From an uncultured Chromatiales bacterium (GTDB taxonomy: Bacteria; Pseudomonadota; Gammaproteobacteria; Poriferisulfidales; Poriferisulfidaceae), in the NCBI GenBank assembly GCA_964526195.1, contig CAZGIH010000020.1:12803-76802 (forward strand): a stretch of DNA of 64,000 bases, read 5' to 3'. Positions 21,338 to 31,609 of this stretch are shown here, piece by piece; within the stretch, counting starts at the first letter, position 1; every line of letters starts with the position of its first letter. The translations under genes were made by a program, and so were the position numbers. The notes under the pieces were generated by a model. The model searched no databases, was not told where the DNA came from, and saw nothing but the letters and a program-made list of their open reading frames with translations.

Positions 21338-21347
21338 CGCCTGATGG
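21338..21347. repeat. Right copy of the 10-bp direct repeat CGCCTGATGG
   Basis: Exact match to 20124-20133; lies where high GC resumes, upstream of sppA. Confidence 0.5.
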
Positions 21348-21394
21348 CCGACCCCGAGAGTCCAGTACAATCGGCAATCTAGAGGAAAGCCGCC

Positions 21395-22318
21395 ATGGAT
21401 GAAAAAGAATCCGCTCTCGTCGTTGCGGTCCGCGAACTGACCGCCGAGACCCGCCGTGCCCGACGTTGGCGAACCGCGTTCGCCACGATTCCGTTTCTTA
21501 TCCTGCTGCTGATCCTGCTCGCGATGCTCGGAGGAGAGTCCTCGTTGCCGAGGCAGGATGCGCACACTGCCCGGATCGACGTGTTCGGCCCGATCGTGCC
21601 CCAGGCCCCGGCAAGTGCGGAATTCATCAACCAGTCGCTGCGCGAGGCATTCGAGGAAGAACAGGCAAAAGGGGTGGTGTTGCGCATCAACAGCCCCGGC
21701 GGATCGCCCGTCCAGGCGGATCGCATTAGTTCGGAGATCCAGAGGCTGAAGGCGGAATACCCGGAAAAGAAAATCTATGCGGTGGTCGAGGACCTGTGCG
21801 CGTCTGCCGCGTACTACATTGCTGTCGAGGCAGACGAGATCTACGTCAACGGTTCCAGCCTGGTCGGCTCGATCGGTGTGATCGCCAGCGGGTTCGGTTT
21901 CGCCGAACTGATCGAAGAGTGGGGCATCGAGCGGCGCGTAACGGCTTCCGGGCGGCATAAGGCGATGCTCGATCCGTTTCTGCCGCAGGATCCGGAGGCT
22001 GAGGCACATCTTCAGAATCTGGTGGATCGGATCCACCAACAGTTCGAGAACGCTGTCAAGGATGCCCGGGGAGAGCGTTTGACGGCCTCGGACGAAGAGG
22101 TGTTCGACGGGCGGATCTGGACCGGCGACCAGGCGCAGGAGATGGGGCTGGTGGACGGATTTTCGGATGTTGCGCAGGTTGCGCGCGACCAGGTCGGGGC
22201 CGAATCAGTGGTGAATTACACCTATGAGCCGGATTTCCTGGAGCGCGTGGCGGACCGGGTTGGTGCCCGGCTGGCCCAGATGGCAGAATCTTGGTTGCGC
22301 AGCCCGGTGCGGTTCTAG
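21395..22318 (+). CDS. sppA: Signal peptide peptidase SppA (36K type, S49 family)
   Basis: 307 aa; N-terminal membrane anchor; LRINSPGGS active-site Ser motif; RBS GAGGAAAG. Confidence 0.9.
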   Translation: MDEKESALVVAVRELTAETRRARRWRTAFATIPFLILLLILLAMLGGESSLPRQDAHTARIDVFGPIVPQAPASAEFINQSLREAFEEEQAKGVVLRINSPGGSPVQADRISSEIQRLKAEYPEKKIYAVVEDLCASAAYYIAVEADEIYVNGSSLVGSIGVIASGFGFAELIEEWGIERRVTASGRHKAMLDPFLPQDPEAEAHLQNLVDRIHQQFENAVKDARGERLTASDEEVFDGRIWTGDQAQEMGLVDGFSDVAQVARDQVGAESVVNYTYEPDFLERVADRVGARLAQMAESWLRSPVRF

Positions 22319-22902
22319 TCCGCGCCCGGGATATCAAGACCCGCTTCCCGCAGCATTTCAATCAAACGGATCATCGGCAGGCCGATCAGGGCCGTCGGGT
22401 CGTCACCGCTGACATGGTGCACCAGGCTGATGCCGAGCCCTTCGGATTTGAAACTCGCCGTGCAGTTGTAGGGCTGTTCGCTCTGCAGGTAGTGCTCGAT
22501 CGCATCCTCGCTCAATTCTTTGTAGTACACCGTGTGGGGGGATTCGGAGTAGCGGCACGTACCGTTCCCGGTGTCGAGCAGGCATAGCCCAGTCAGGAAG
22601 GTTGCTTCCTGTCCGCTCAACTGGCGTAGCTGCTCCACGGCCGCATTGTGTGTGCCGGGTTTGCCGAGCAGTTGCCCGTTCAACTCCGCGCACTGGTCGC
22701 TGCTGATGATCAGGGCGTCCTGATGCCGGTTTCCGACTTCCTCGGCCTTCTCGTGAGCAAGCCGTCGCACGTAATCCGATGCGATTTCGCCGGGCTGGGG
22801 TGTTTCGTCAATATCGGGGGCATCCACCGTAAAGTCCAGATGCAGGCGTTCGAGGAGTTCCCGGCGATAAGGGGAGCTGCTGCCAAGGATAAGAGTGCGC
22901 AT
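22315..22902 (-). CDS. maf: Maf-like nucleoside triphosphate pyrophosphatase
   Basis: 195 aa; MRTLILGSSSPYRRELLERL is the typical Maf/YhdE N-terminus. Confidence 0.9.
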   Translation of the reverse strand: MRTLILGSSSPYRRELLERLHLDFTVDAPDIDETPQPGEIASDYVRRLAHEKAEEVGNRHQDALIISSDQCAELNGQLLGKPGTHNAAVEQLRQLSGQEATFLTGLCLLDTGNGTCRYSESPHTVYYKELSEDAIEHYLQSEQPYNCTASFKSEGLGISLVHHVSGDDPTALIGLPMIRLIEMLREAGLDIPGAD

Positions 22903-23027
22903 GGAGTTTGGGTGGAGAGGATGTAGACCTAAAAGTGTGGCGTCAACACTTGATATTCCTCATTATAAAAGGCTTGGCGAGGCAGTTGCGCGGGGCTTCG
23001 ACTGCTATAATTGCATAAATTACCGCT

Positions 23028-23696
23028 GTGAGACCGATAGTGACGAACATTGCATCGCTACGTTTGTCCGGGGGCGCATTTGCGCTTGCCGTCCTATTGC
23101 TGTGGGCGGGCATTGGGGTCACGGCGGAATCCCCGCAGGCCCGGCTGCAGAGCGTCAGCGATGAGTTGCTGGAGCAAATCCGCCTGAGAATGGACGAATT
23201 CGAGCGCGATGACGAGGCGCTGTACACTTTCGTGGACGCCACGCTGGGCGGCGTGCTGGACTACGACCAGATCCTGAAGATCATCCTCGGCAAGAAGATC
23301 TATCAGGAGGCGACACCGACGCAACGCGACGAGTTCATTGTTTCACTCAAGCGGCAGTTGCTCGAACTGTACGCGAAAGTCATACTCAAGTACGCCGACG
23401 GCAAAGTGCAGTACCTGCCGTTCGAGCTCAAGCCCGACAAAGCCTATCAAGTGGTTCGCACGGAATTCCTGATGTCCGGCAAGGCTCCGGTCGACCTGAC
23501 CTACCTGATGCGCGAAATCGAAGGCGAATGGTACGTGTTCGAGATCCGCGCCGACGGGATTTTCCTGATCAAGAGCCTGAAGGACAGCCTGCGCCCCGAA
23601 ATCAAACAGAATGGCCTGGATGCCGTGATTGAGCGTCTGCGTGGCGAAACGCCTGGGAAGACTTCCCGGCGATTTACGCTGCACGCGCACGCCTGA
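23028..23696 (+). CDS. MlaC/Ttg2D-family periplasmic phospholipid-binding protein
   Basis: 222 aa; signal peptide; MlaC-like core (ATPTQRDEF..., LKYADGKVQY...); followed by murA as in mla-murA neighbourhoods. Confidence 0.75.
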   Translation: MRPIVTNIASLRLSGGAFALAVLLLWAGIGVTAESPQARLQSVSDELLEQIRLRMDEFERDDEALYTFVDATLGGVLDYDQILKIILGKKIYQEATPTQRDEFIVSLKRQLLELYAKVILKYADGKVQYLPFELKPDKAYQVVRTEFLMSGKAPVDLTYLMREIEGEWYVFEIRADGIFLIKSLKDSLRPEIKQNGLDAVIERLRGETPGKTSRRFTLHAHA

Positions 23697-23714
23697 GCAG
23701 CGTCCAGTTTTCCA

Positions 23715-24971
23715 ATGGACAGGCTGCTGATTCAAGGCGGAACGCCGCTGTGTGGCGAGGTGTCAATCTCCGGCGCCAAGAACTCGGTGTTGCCCGTGCT
23801 GGCCGCCTCGCTGATGAGCGAGGAGCCCCTGCTGATCCAGAACGCCCCGCATTTGCAGGACGTGGCCTCGACCATGCGGTTGTTGGGCAGCATGGGGGCG
23901 ACGGTGACGTTGGGCGAAGACAATAGCCTGCGCGTCGACACCTCCGGGGTCAACCGCTGCTACGCCTCGTACGACATCGTGCGGACCATGCGGGCGTCCA
24001 TCCTCGTGCTGGGGCCGTTGCTGGCACGTTACGGCCAAGCGGAAGTCTCGTTGCCGGGAGGATGCGCGATCGGGACCCGGCCGATCGACCTGCATCTGCA
24101 TGGGTTGACCGCGATGGGAGCGGCCATCGACGTGAACAACGGCTATATCCGGGCGCGGGCCAAGCGCCTCAAGGGGGCTCTTTTGGCCTTGGACCAGATC
24201 ACGGTGACCGGGACCGAGAACCTGATGATGGCCGCGACGCTGGCCGACGGCACGACCGTGATCGAGAATGCCGCCCGCGAGCCGGAAGTCGAGGACTTGG
24301 CATCTTGCCTGATGGCGATGGGTGCGCGTATTCGCGGGGCCGGGACCAGCCGCATCGAGATCGAAGGTGTTCGTGAATTGAAGGGTGCGACGCACCAGGT
24401 GCTGCCCGATCGAATCGAGGCCTCAACCTATCTGGCTGCAGCATGCATGACCGGCGGGAAAGTCCGGGTCAACCAGGTGCGGCCGGACACGATGGAAGCC
24501 GTTCTGGTCAAGCTTGGCGAGTACGGTGCAAGTGTCGAATTGGGCGAGGATTACGTGGAGATTGACATGCAAGACCGCCGCCCCCGGGCCGCCGACGTCT
24601 ATACGGCGGCTTACCCGGGGTTTCCGACCGACATGCAGGCGCAGATGACAGCGGTCAGCACGGTGGCGGAGGGAACCAGCACCATCACCGAGACGATTTT
24701 CGAGAACCGCTTCATGCACATTCAGGAACTGGTCCGGATGGGCGCGAACATCGAGGTGCACGGCAGTGCCGCCGTAATCCAAGGCGTGGAGAAGCTGTCC
24801 GGCGCGCCGGTGATGGCTACGGACCTGCGGGCCTCGGCCAGCCTGATCCTGGCCGGCCTTGCGGCGGAAGGGGAGTCGGTCGTGGATCGGGTCTATCACA
24901 TTGATCGAGGCTACGAGTGCGTGGAAGAGAAATTCCAGCGCCTCGGCGCCAGCATCCAGCGCTTGAGCTGA
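23715..24971 (+). CDS. murA: UDP-N-acetylglucosamine 1-carboxyvinyltransferase
   Basis: 418 aa; [31 protein letters not shown] is the canonical MurA N-terminus. Confidence 0.97.
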   Translation: MDRLLIQGGTPLCGEVSISGAKNSVLPVLAASLMSEEPLLIQNAPHLQDVASTMRLLGSMGATVTLGEDNSLRVDTSGVNRCYASYDIVRTMRASILVLGPLLARYGQAEVSLPGGCAIGTRPIDLHLHGLTAMGAAIDVNNGYIRARAKRLKGALLALDQITVTGTENLMMAATLADGTTVIENAAREPEVEDLASCLMAMGARIRGAGTSRIEIEGVRELKGATHQVLPDRIEASTYLAAACMTGGKVRVNQVRPDTMEAVLVKLGEYGASVELGEDYVEIDMQDRRPRAADVYTAAYPGFPTDMQAQMTAVSTVAEGTSTITETIFENRFMHIQELVRMGANIEVHGSAAVIQGVEKLSGAPVMATDLRASASLILAGLAAEGESVVDRVYHIDRGYECVEEKFQRLGASIQRLS

Positions 24972-24982
24972 GGAGGATCCCG

Positions 24983-25624
24983 ATGAGAATCGCTGTTTCC
25001 AAGGGACGCATCATGAGCGAAGCGCTTGAGGTGTTCGCGCGCGCCGATATCGTGCCGAAAGAAGACCCTGCGAAGAGTCGGCAATTGATCCTGCCGTGTA
25101 CTGAGCCGGGCCTCGAGTTGGTGGTGTTGCGGGCCGCGGATGTGCCGACTTACGTGGCATTGGGCGCGGCGGAACTCGGAATTACCGGGCGAGATGTGCT
25201 GATGGAGAACCAGGTTCCCGGCCTGTACGAGCCGTTGGATCTCGGCATCGCGCGTTGCCGGATGGTGGTGGCCGGACCGAAGGGTGGTGAAGCCTGCCTG
25301 GAACAGCCCCGGGTTCGGGTGGCGACCAAGTACGTGCGCCTCGCCCGAGAGTTTTTTGCTGCGCGTGGCAGGCAGGCCGTTACGATAAAATTGTACGGCT
25401 CAATGGAGCTGGCGCCACTGGCAGGGCTGTCGGATTGCATCGTGGATTTGGTGGAGACCGGCCGGACCTTGGCCGCCAATGGATTGGAACCGTATGCCAC
25501 GCTCGCTGAAATCAGCGCGCGTGTGGTGGTCAACAAGGGTGCATGGAAGATGCGGCATGACCAGATCATGCCGATTCTGGCACGCCTTCAGGAAGCCGCG
25601 GAGGCGGCAGGGATAGACGCATGA
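24983..25624 (+). CDS. hisG: ATP phosphoribosyltransferase (short form)
   Basis: The ATG has GAGGAGGA upstream; MRIAVSKGRIMSEALEVF... is the HisG N-terminus; about 213 aa. Confidence 0.93.
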   Translation: MRIAVSKGRIMSEALEVFARADIVPKEDPAKSRQLILPCTEPGLELVVLRAADVPTYVALGAAELGITGRDVLMENQVPGLYEPLDLGIARCRMVVAGPKGGEACLEQPRVRVATKYVRLAREFFAARGRQAVTIKLYGSMELAPLAGLSDCIVDLVETGRTLAANGLEPYATLAEISARVVVNKGAWKMRHDQIMPILARLQEAAEAAGIDA

Positions 25625-26691
25625 AATACCCAACGGACGACCTGCGGATTACCGACTTACAAAACGTCAGTGCTCCGAAAGAGATCTTGGAAGAATTCCC
25701 GCTGACGGAAGCGGGCGCGCGTACGGTGTTCGAGGCGCGGGCGCAGATTCGCGAAATTCTGCAGCAATCGGACGATCGCCTGATGGTGATCGTCGGCCCG
25801 TGCTCCATTCACGACGTGGAGGCGGCGCACGAGTACGCGCAGCGCCTGCAGCCGGTCCGGGACCGGCTGGCGGAAGACCTCCTGATCGTAATGCGGGTGT
25901 ATTTCGAGAAGCCACGCACCACGGTCGGCTGGAAGGGTTTAATCAACGATCCGGACCTGGACGACAGCTATCACATCAACCAAGGTCTGCGTTTGGCTCG
26001 CGGGTTACTTGTATGGTTGGGCGAACAGGGGCTTCCGACCGGAACCGAGTTTCTGGACCTGATTACGCCGCAGTACATTGCCGACAGCGTCAGTTGGGGG
26101 GCGATCGGCGCCCGCACCACTGAAAGCCAGTGCCACCGGGAACTGGCCTCCGGGCTGTCCTGCCCGGTGGGCTTCAAGAACGGGACCAGCGGCGATATTC
26201 AGGTGGCGGTGGACGCATTGCGTTCGTCTACCCAGCCGCACTGCTTCCTGTCGCTCACCAAGGAGGGGCGGAGTGCGATTTTTCACACGACTGGTAACCA
26301 GGACTCCCACGTCATCATGCGGGGCGGGCAGCAGCCGAACTTCGAGGCCAATGCGGTCGAGGAGGTTTGTGCACGCCTGGAACAGGCGAAACTGCCGGTT
26401 CGCGTCATGATCGACTGCAGCCACGCGAACAGCCGGAAGGTTCCCGAACAGCAGATGCGGGTGGCCGACAATATCGGCGAGCAGATTTGCGCGGGAGACC
26501 GGCGGATCGTCGGGGTCATGGTGGAAAGCCACTTGGTCGGCGGCAACCAGAAGCTGGTTCCTGGTGAGCCGTTGCAATACGGCCAGAGCATTACGGACGC
26601 CTGTCTCGGATTCGAGCAGACGGAACAGTTGCTCGAAGGCTTGGCCGAGGCGGTTCGGACGCGACGGCAGCGCGCCAGCCGGGCTGCATGA
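25621..26691 (+). CDS. 3-deoxy-7-phosphoheptulonate (DAHP) synthase, class I (AroG/F/H type)
   Basis: 356 aa; near-collinear with the E. coli AroG pattern (DDRLMVIVGPCSIHD, VMRVYFEKPRTTVGWKGLINDP, GAIGARTTESQ, SGLSCPVGFKNGT). Confidence 0.96.
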   Translation: MKYPTDDLRITDLQNVSAPKEILEEFPLTEAGARTVFEARAQIREILQQSDDRLMVIVGPCSIHDVEAAHEYAQRLQPVRDRLAEDLLIVMRVYFEKPRTTVGWKGLINDPDLDDSYHINQGLRLARGLLVWLGEQGLPTGTEFLDLITPQYIADSVSWGAIGARTTESQCHRELASGLSCPVGFKNGTSGDIQVAVDALRSSTQPHCFLSLTKEGRSAIFHTTGNQDSHVIMRGGQQPNFEANAVEEVCARLEQAKLPVRVMIDCSHANSRKVPEQQMRVADNIGEQICAGDRRIVGVMVESHLVGGNQKLVPGEPLQYGQSITDACLGFEQTEQLLEGLAEAVRTRRQRASRAA

Positions 26692-28001
26692 GCACTTCTT
26701 TTCCGCGCATTCTGTCGACCGGAACGCCGGAATTTGAGGGTGAATTTCAGGCACTGATCGACGGCAGGGCACAGGATTCGCGCCCGGAACAAGCCGAAGC
26801 AGTCGCGGCCATCATCGAAGAGGTCCGCACACGCGGCGATAACGCCCTGCTCGAATACACCCGGCGATACGACGGGCACGAAGCCGACTCGGTGGCGTCA
26901 CTGCTTTGGCAGGCAGCCGATTTTCAGGCCGCATTCGAGGCGTTGGATGAACCCTTGCGCGATGCACTGCAGGCCGCGGCCGATCGAATCCGGGATTATG
27001 CGCAGCGGCAGAAACTGGAATCGTTCGAGTTCGAGGACGAACACGGTTCCCGGCTCGGGCAACGGGTCAATGCCCTGCAGCGTGTCGGCGTCTATGTTCC
27101 CGGAGGAACCGCAGCGTATCCGTCTTCGGTGCTGATGAACGCGATCCCGGCGAGAGTCGCCGGGGTAGAAGAGATCCTGATGGTCAGCCCAACGCCGGAC
27201 GGGCAGGCCAATCCGGTCGTATTGGCGGCAGCGCATGTGGCTGGCATTGACCGTGGATGGGCACTGGGAGGTGCCCAGGCCGTTGCCGCACTGGCGCTGG
27301 GGACGGAAACCATCCCGGCAGTCGACAAGATCGTCGGTCCCGGGAACCTCTGGGTAGCCGAGGCCAAGCGGCAGGTGTTTGGCAGGGTCGGAATCGACAT
27401 GATGGCCGGGCCATCGGAAGTGGTGGTCGTAAGCGACGGCAGCGCGGACCCGCGATGGCTGGCGGCCGACCTGATGGCTCAGGCAGAGCACGACGAACAG
27501 GCGCAGGCGATTCTCCTGAGTCCGGATTTGGAACACATCAACGCGGTGGCGGATGCGTTGGCTGCGCAATTGGAAGAACTGCCGCGCGCGAAAATCATCC
27601 GCGAATCCTTGGTAACCAACGGCGCACTGATCCAGACCGATGATCTGGAGCAGGCTGCAGAACTGGTTGACCGGTTGGCGCCCGAACACTTGCAACTGGC
27701 CTTGAAGGAGCCGGATGCAGTGATGGATCGAATCCATCATGCTGGCGCGATCTTCTTGGGCGTACACAGCCCGGAGGTGATGGGCGATTACTGCGCCGGA
27801 CCTAACCACGTGCTGCCGACCATGCGGGCTTCCCGCTTCACGTCGCCACTGGGGGTCTACGACTTCCAGAAGCGCAGCAGCACCATTCGCCTGTCGCAGG
27901 CCGGCGCTGCGGATCTCGCCGGCTTGGCCGAGTGTTTGGCAAAGGCGGAGGGTTTGGGTGCGCACGCCGCTTCGGCCCGTTGGCGAAGCGACTCGAAGTA
28001 A
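26688..28001 (+). CDS. hisD: Histidinol dehydrogenase
   Basis: 437 aa; canonical HisD domains; overlaps the next gene by TAATG. Confidence 0.96.
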   Translation: MSTSFPRILSTGTPEFEGEFQALIDGRAQDSRPEQAEAVAAIIEEVRTRGDNALLEYTRRYDGHEADSVASLLWQAADFQAAFEALDEPLRDALQAAADRIRDYAQRQKLESFEFEDEHGSRLGQRVNALQRVGVYVPGGTAAYPSSVLMNAIPARVAGVEEILMVSPTPDGQANPVVLAAAHVAGIDRGWALGGAQAVAALALGTETIPAVDKIVGPGNLWVAEAKRQVFGRVGIDMMAGPSEVVVVSDGSADPRWLAADLMAQAEHDEQAQAILLSPDLEHINAVADALAAQLEELPRAKIIRESLVTNGALIQTDDLEQAAELVDRLAPEHLQLALKEPDAVMDRIHHAGAIFLGVHSPEVMGDYCAGPNHVLPTMRASRFTSPLGVYDFQKRSSTIRLSQAGAADLAGLAECLAKAEGLGAHAASARWRSDSK

Positions 28002-28759
28002 TGGTTGAGCGAACGGAGCTTTCTGCTTATCTGGACGAATTGCTCCAGCCTTCAGAATTCTCGGACTATTGCCCCAACGGGTTGCAGGTCGAGGGCCGAG
28101 ACCGGATCGAAACGCTGATCTCGGGCGTGACTGCAAGCCAGGCGCTGATCGAAGCCGCTCAGGAACAGGATGCCGATGCTTTGCTCGTGCATCACGGGTA
28201 TTTCTGGCGTAACGAGGATGCGAGGGTCACCGGAATGAAAGCGCGGCGGCTTCGCGCACTGTTGGCTTCGGACATCAACCTGTTCGCCTACCATCTGCCG
28301 CTGGATGCGCATGAAAAGTTCGGAAATAACGTCCAGTTGGCGGAATGCTTGGATCTGGATGTCACCGGTCTTCTGGAGCCCGGCGCCCCGGAGACCGGAA
28401 GGGTCGGACGGCTGAAAGAACCGCAACCAGCGCAGGAATTCGCGAGCAGGCTGGAGGAGCGGTTGCAGCACCCGGTGGTGTGGGCCGGCCCTGAGGCGGA
28501 AGATCCGATTGCTACGGTTGGATGGTGTACCGGTGCCGGACAGCAGTTCATTGAACAGGCAGCCCGCCTGGGGCTGGACGCCTTCATCAGTGGGGAGATT
28601 TCCGAGCAGACCGTGCATACGGCCCGCGAATGCGGGGTGCATTACTTTGCCTGCGGCCATCACGCGACCGAGCGTTACGGCGTGCAGGCCGTCGGTCGGC
28701 ATCTTGAAGAAAAATTCGGGTTGCACCACCAGTTCATCGATATTTCAAACCCGGCTTGA
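28001..28759 (+). CDS. Nif3-family (YbgI-like) metal-binding protein
   Basis: Starts at MVERTEL; NIF3 motifs (LLVHHGYFW, GHHATE). Confidence 0.85.
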   Translation: MVERTELSAYLDELLQPSEFSDYCPNGLQVEGRDRIETLISGVTASQALIEAAQEQDADALLVHHGYFWRNEDARVTGMKARRLRALLASDINLFAYHLPLDAHEKFGNNVQLAECLDLDVTGLLEPGAPETGRVGRLKEPQPAQEFASRLEERLQHPVVWAGPEAEDPIATVGWCTGAGQQFIEQAARLGLDAFISGEISEQTVHTARECGVHYFACGHHATERYGVQAVGRHLEEKFGLHHQFIDISNPA

Positions 28760-28875
28760 GAGAGGTGCCGTATTTCGCTATATGTTAAAATTTGCCGCCG
28801 CAAATGGAACGGACACGACCGACACGCAAGATGGGTGACGGCTGTGTTTTTTGATCGCCTAGAAATTCCCGACAC

Positions 28876-29475
28876 ATGCCAGACGACACAGTTGATGTGG
28901 GCCGCCGCCGGTTTTTAACCGGCAGCACGGCTCTAGTGGGTGGAACGGGTGCTGCAGTGGCCATGTGGCCGTTCATCGCATCCATGTCGCCGAGCGCTCG
29001 CGCCCGTACGGCAGGTGCCCCGATTGAAGTGGATATCGGGCAGATGGAATGGGGCCAGAAGATCGACCTGATCTGGCGCAAGCAGCCAATTTGGATCATT
29101 CGCCGCACGCCCGAGATGGTGACGGCGCTGGAGGCCGAAGCCAGTTACCTCCGGGATCCGCACTCCGAGCAAGAACAACAGCCGGAATTCGCGCGGAATT
29201 CCCACCGCTCGCTGAATCCGGAATTCCTGGTGCTGGTCGGCATCTGCACGCACCTCGGTTGCAACCCGACCTACCGTCCCGATACTGCTCCGGAGGACCT
29301 GGGCCCCGAGTGGCAAGGTGGATTTTTCTGCGCCTGCCACGGTTCCCGATTCGACTTGTCGGGCCGCGTGTACGACCACGTGCCGGCCAACGCCAACCTG
29401 CGGGTACCGCCGTACCGTTTCGTCAGCGATACGCGAATCCTGATCGGTGAGATGCCCGAGGACGCTCCCGCATGA
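28876..29475 (+). CDS. petA: Ubiquinol-cytochrome c reductase Rieske iron-sulfur subunit
   Basis: 199 aa; Tat-like signal (RRRFL); Rieske boxes CTHLGC and CPCHGS. Confidence 0.93.
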   Translation: MPDDTVDVGRRRFLTGSTALVGGTGAAVAMWPFIASMSPSARARTAGAPIEVDIGQMEWGQKIDLIWRKQPIWIIRRTPEMVTALEAEASYLRDPHSEQEQQPEFARNSHRSLNPEFLVLVGICTHLGCNPTYRPDTAPEDLGPEWQGGFFCACHGSRFDLSGRVYDHVPANANLRVPPYRFVSDTRILIGEMPEDAPA

Positions 29476-30863
29476 AATCCCTTTTCGAGGGCCTGATTGG
29501 CTGGATCGACGCCCGTTTCCCGCTGATGCAGCTGTGGAACGATCATCTGGCGAAATACTACGCGCCCAAGAACTTCAACTTCTGGTACTTTTTCGGTTCG
29601 CTGGCGTTGCTGGTGCTGGTCATCCAGATCGTCACCGGCATCTTCCTGACTATGCACTACAAGCCGGACGCGGAACTCGCGTTCGCCTCTCTTGAATACA
29701 TTCGCCGCGATGTTCCTCTCGGTTGGCTGATCCAGTACATGCACTCCACGGGTGCGTCGTTCTTCTTCATCGTGGTGTACCTACACATGTTCCGGGGAAT
29801 CATGTACGGTTCCTTCAAGGCGCCCCGCGAGTTGATCTGGCTGCTCGGCATGTTCCTGTACATGACGCTGATGGCGGAAGCTTTCATGGGTTACCTGCTG
29901 CCTTGGGGCAACATGTCGTACTGGGGGGCGCAGGTCATCGTCAACCTGTTCAGTACCATTCCTTGGGTCGGCCCGGATATCGCCATCTGGTTGCGTGGCG
30001 ATTTCGCGATATCCGATGCAACCCTGACCCGATTCTTCGCATTGCACGTGTCGGCCATCCCGCTGGCACTATTGGCGCTGGTGGCATTGCATCTCATGGC
30101 ACTGCATGAAGTGGGATCAAACAATCCCGACGGCATCGAGATCAAGGAACACAAGGACGCGGACGGCAAGCCGCTGGACGGCGTCCCGTTCCACCCGTAC
30201 TACACCGTCAAGGACATCTGGGGATCGGTCGCGTTCCTGTTCCTGTTTGCGCTGGTGGTGTTCTTCGCTCCCGAAATGGGCGGTTATTTCTTGGAGCCAG
30301 ACAACTTCACGCCGGCCAACCCGCTGTTGACCCCGGAGCACATCGTTCCGGTGTGGTACTTCACGCCGTTCTATTCGGTTCTCCGAGCGATCCCGGATCC
30401 GCAGTTCGGGGCGCTGGCCATGCTGTTGTCCATTCTGGTTCTGTTCTTCCTGCCATGGATCGACCGCAATCCGGTGCGTTCCGTGCGCTATCGCAGCCTG
30501 CTGTACAAGATCAACCTGGGCGTATTCGTGGTCACGTTCGCGGCATTGGGCTATCTGGGCTTCAACCCGCCGACCCCGCTGTACAGCGAACTCGCGCTGC
30601 GCTTCAGCGAATGGTACTTCCTGTTCTTTATTGCGCTGTGGTTCTTCAGCCGCCCGCGCCGCAACTTCGAACGCTTGCTGACCTTGGTGGTGGTCCTGGG
30701 TCTGATCAGTCTCTACGACGTTGTGAGGGTAGAACCCGGACACGGAATGTTGGTCTTCCTGGGCTGGCTGATGCCGGCCGTGTTTGTGGCCGTCATGGTT
30801 TTTGGCAGCGGCATCGAGAAACTGGGACGTGACCTTCCAGTACCGGACCGGTTGACCGGATGA
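29472..30863 (+). CDS. petB: Cytochrome b of the bc1 complex
   Basis: 463 aa polytopic membrane protein with conserved heme-ligand His spacing; follows petA. Confidence 0.95.
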   Translation: MKSLFEGLIGWIDARFPLMQLWNDHLAKYYAPKNFNFWYFFGSLALLVLVIQIVTGIFLTMHYKPDAELAFASLEYIRRDVPLGWLIQYMHSTGASFFFIVVYLHMFRGIMYGSFKAPRELIWLLGMFLYMTLMAEAFMGYLLPWGNMSYWGAQVIVNLFSTIPWVGPDIAIWLRGDFAISDATLTRFFALHVSAIPLALLALVALHLMALHEVGSNNPDGIEIKEHKDADGKPLDGVPFHPYYTVKDIWGSVAFLFLFALVVFFAPEMGGYFLEPDNFTPANPLLTPEHIVPVWYFTPFYSVLRAIPDPQFGALAMLLSILVLFFLPWIDRNPVRSVRYRSLLYKINLGVFVVTFAALGYLGFNPPTPLYSELALRFSEWYFLFFIALWFFSRPRRNFERLLTLVVVLGLISLYDVVRVEPGHGMLVFLGWLMPAVFVAVMVFGSGIEKLGRDLPVPDRLTG

Positions 30864-31603
30864 AACGCGCACTTTTTCTGTCGGTCTTGTGCCTGGGTTC
30901 GGCCGGGCCCGCATTCGCTGCGGTCGGAGCCGAACTGCCCGGCTACCAGGTGGTGATCGATCTCAACAACCGGGCTTCCCTGCAGCGGGGCGCGAAGTAT
31001 TTCGTCAACTACTGCATGGGTTGCCATTCGCTGCAATACAGTCGCTACAGCCGGGTCGGAGAGGACTTGGGGCTGGACATGCAGATGGTGGCGGACAACC
31101 TGATCTTCAACGGTCGGCGCGTCAGCGAAAGAATGGAAATCTCCATGTCTCAGGACGATGCCGAGCGGTGGTTCGGGGCGAAGCCCCCGGATCTGAGCAT
31201 GCTTGCCCGGCGCAAGGGCCCCACCTACATCTACCAGTACCTGATGACGTTCTACATCGACGAAAACCGCCCGTGGGGCGTCAACAACTGGCGTTTCCCG
31301 TTCACGACCATGCCGCATGTGCTGTGGCAGGAACAGGGTCTGCAACGCGCGGAATGGGAGGAAGTCGACAATGGAAACGGGAGCAAGCCGGTCATCACGG
31401 GATTGACGCTGGAGACCCCGGGGCTGAAGACCCCCGAAGAATATGAACAACTCGTAGTCGATCTCACTTCATTTCTGGTTTATGTTTCAGAGCCGGCGCG
31501 GCTGACGCGCGAGAGCGTAGGGACGTGGGTGCTGCTGTTCCTCCTGGTGCTGGGAGGATTCGCCTATTTCCTCAAGCGCGAATACTGGGAAGACGTCCAC
31601 TAA
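30860..31603 (+). CDS. petC: Cytochrome c1
   Basis: 247 aa; signal peptide; heme motif CMGCHS; C-terminal membrane anchor. Confidence 0.9.
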   Translation: MKRALFLSVLCLGSAGPAFAAVGAELPGYQVVIDLNNRASLQRGAKYFVNYCMGCHSLQYSRYSRVGEDLGLDMQMVADNLIFNGRRVSERMEISMSQDDAERWFGAKPPDLSMLARRKGPTYIYQYLMTFYIDENRPWGVNNWRFPFTTMPHVLWQEQGLQRAEWEEVDNGNGSKPVITGLTLETPGLKTPEEYEQLVVDLTSFLVYVSEPARLTRESVGTWVLLFLLVLGGFAYFLKREYWEDVH

Positions 31604-31609
31604 AACGCC

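Noticed and set aside
21251-22039. 262-aa minus-strand ORF across the islet/sppA boundary
   Set aside because: Antisense to sppA (S49 peptidase motifs on the plus strand), with no domain signature.
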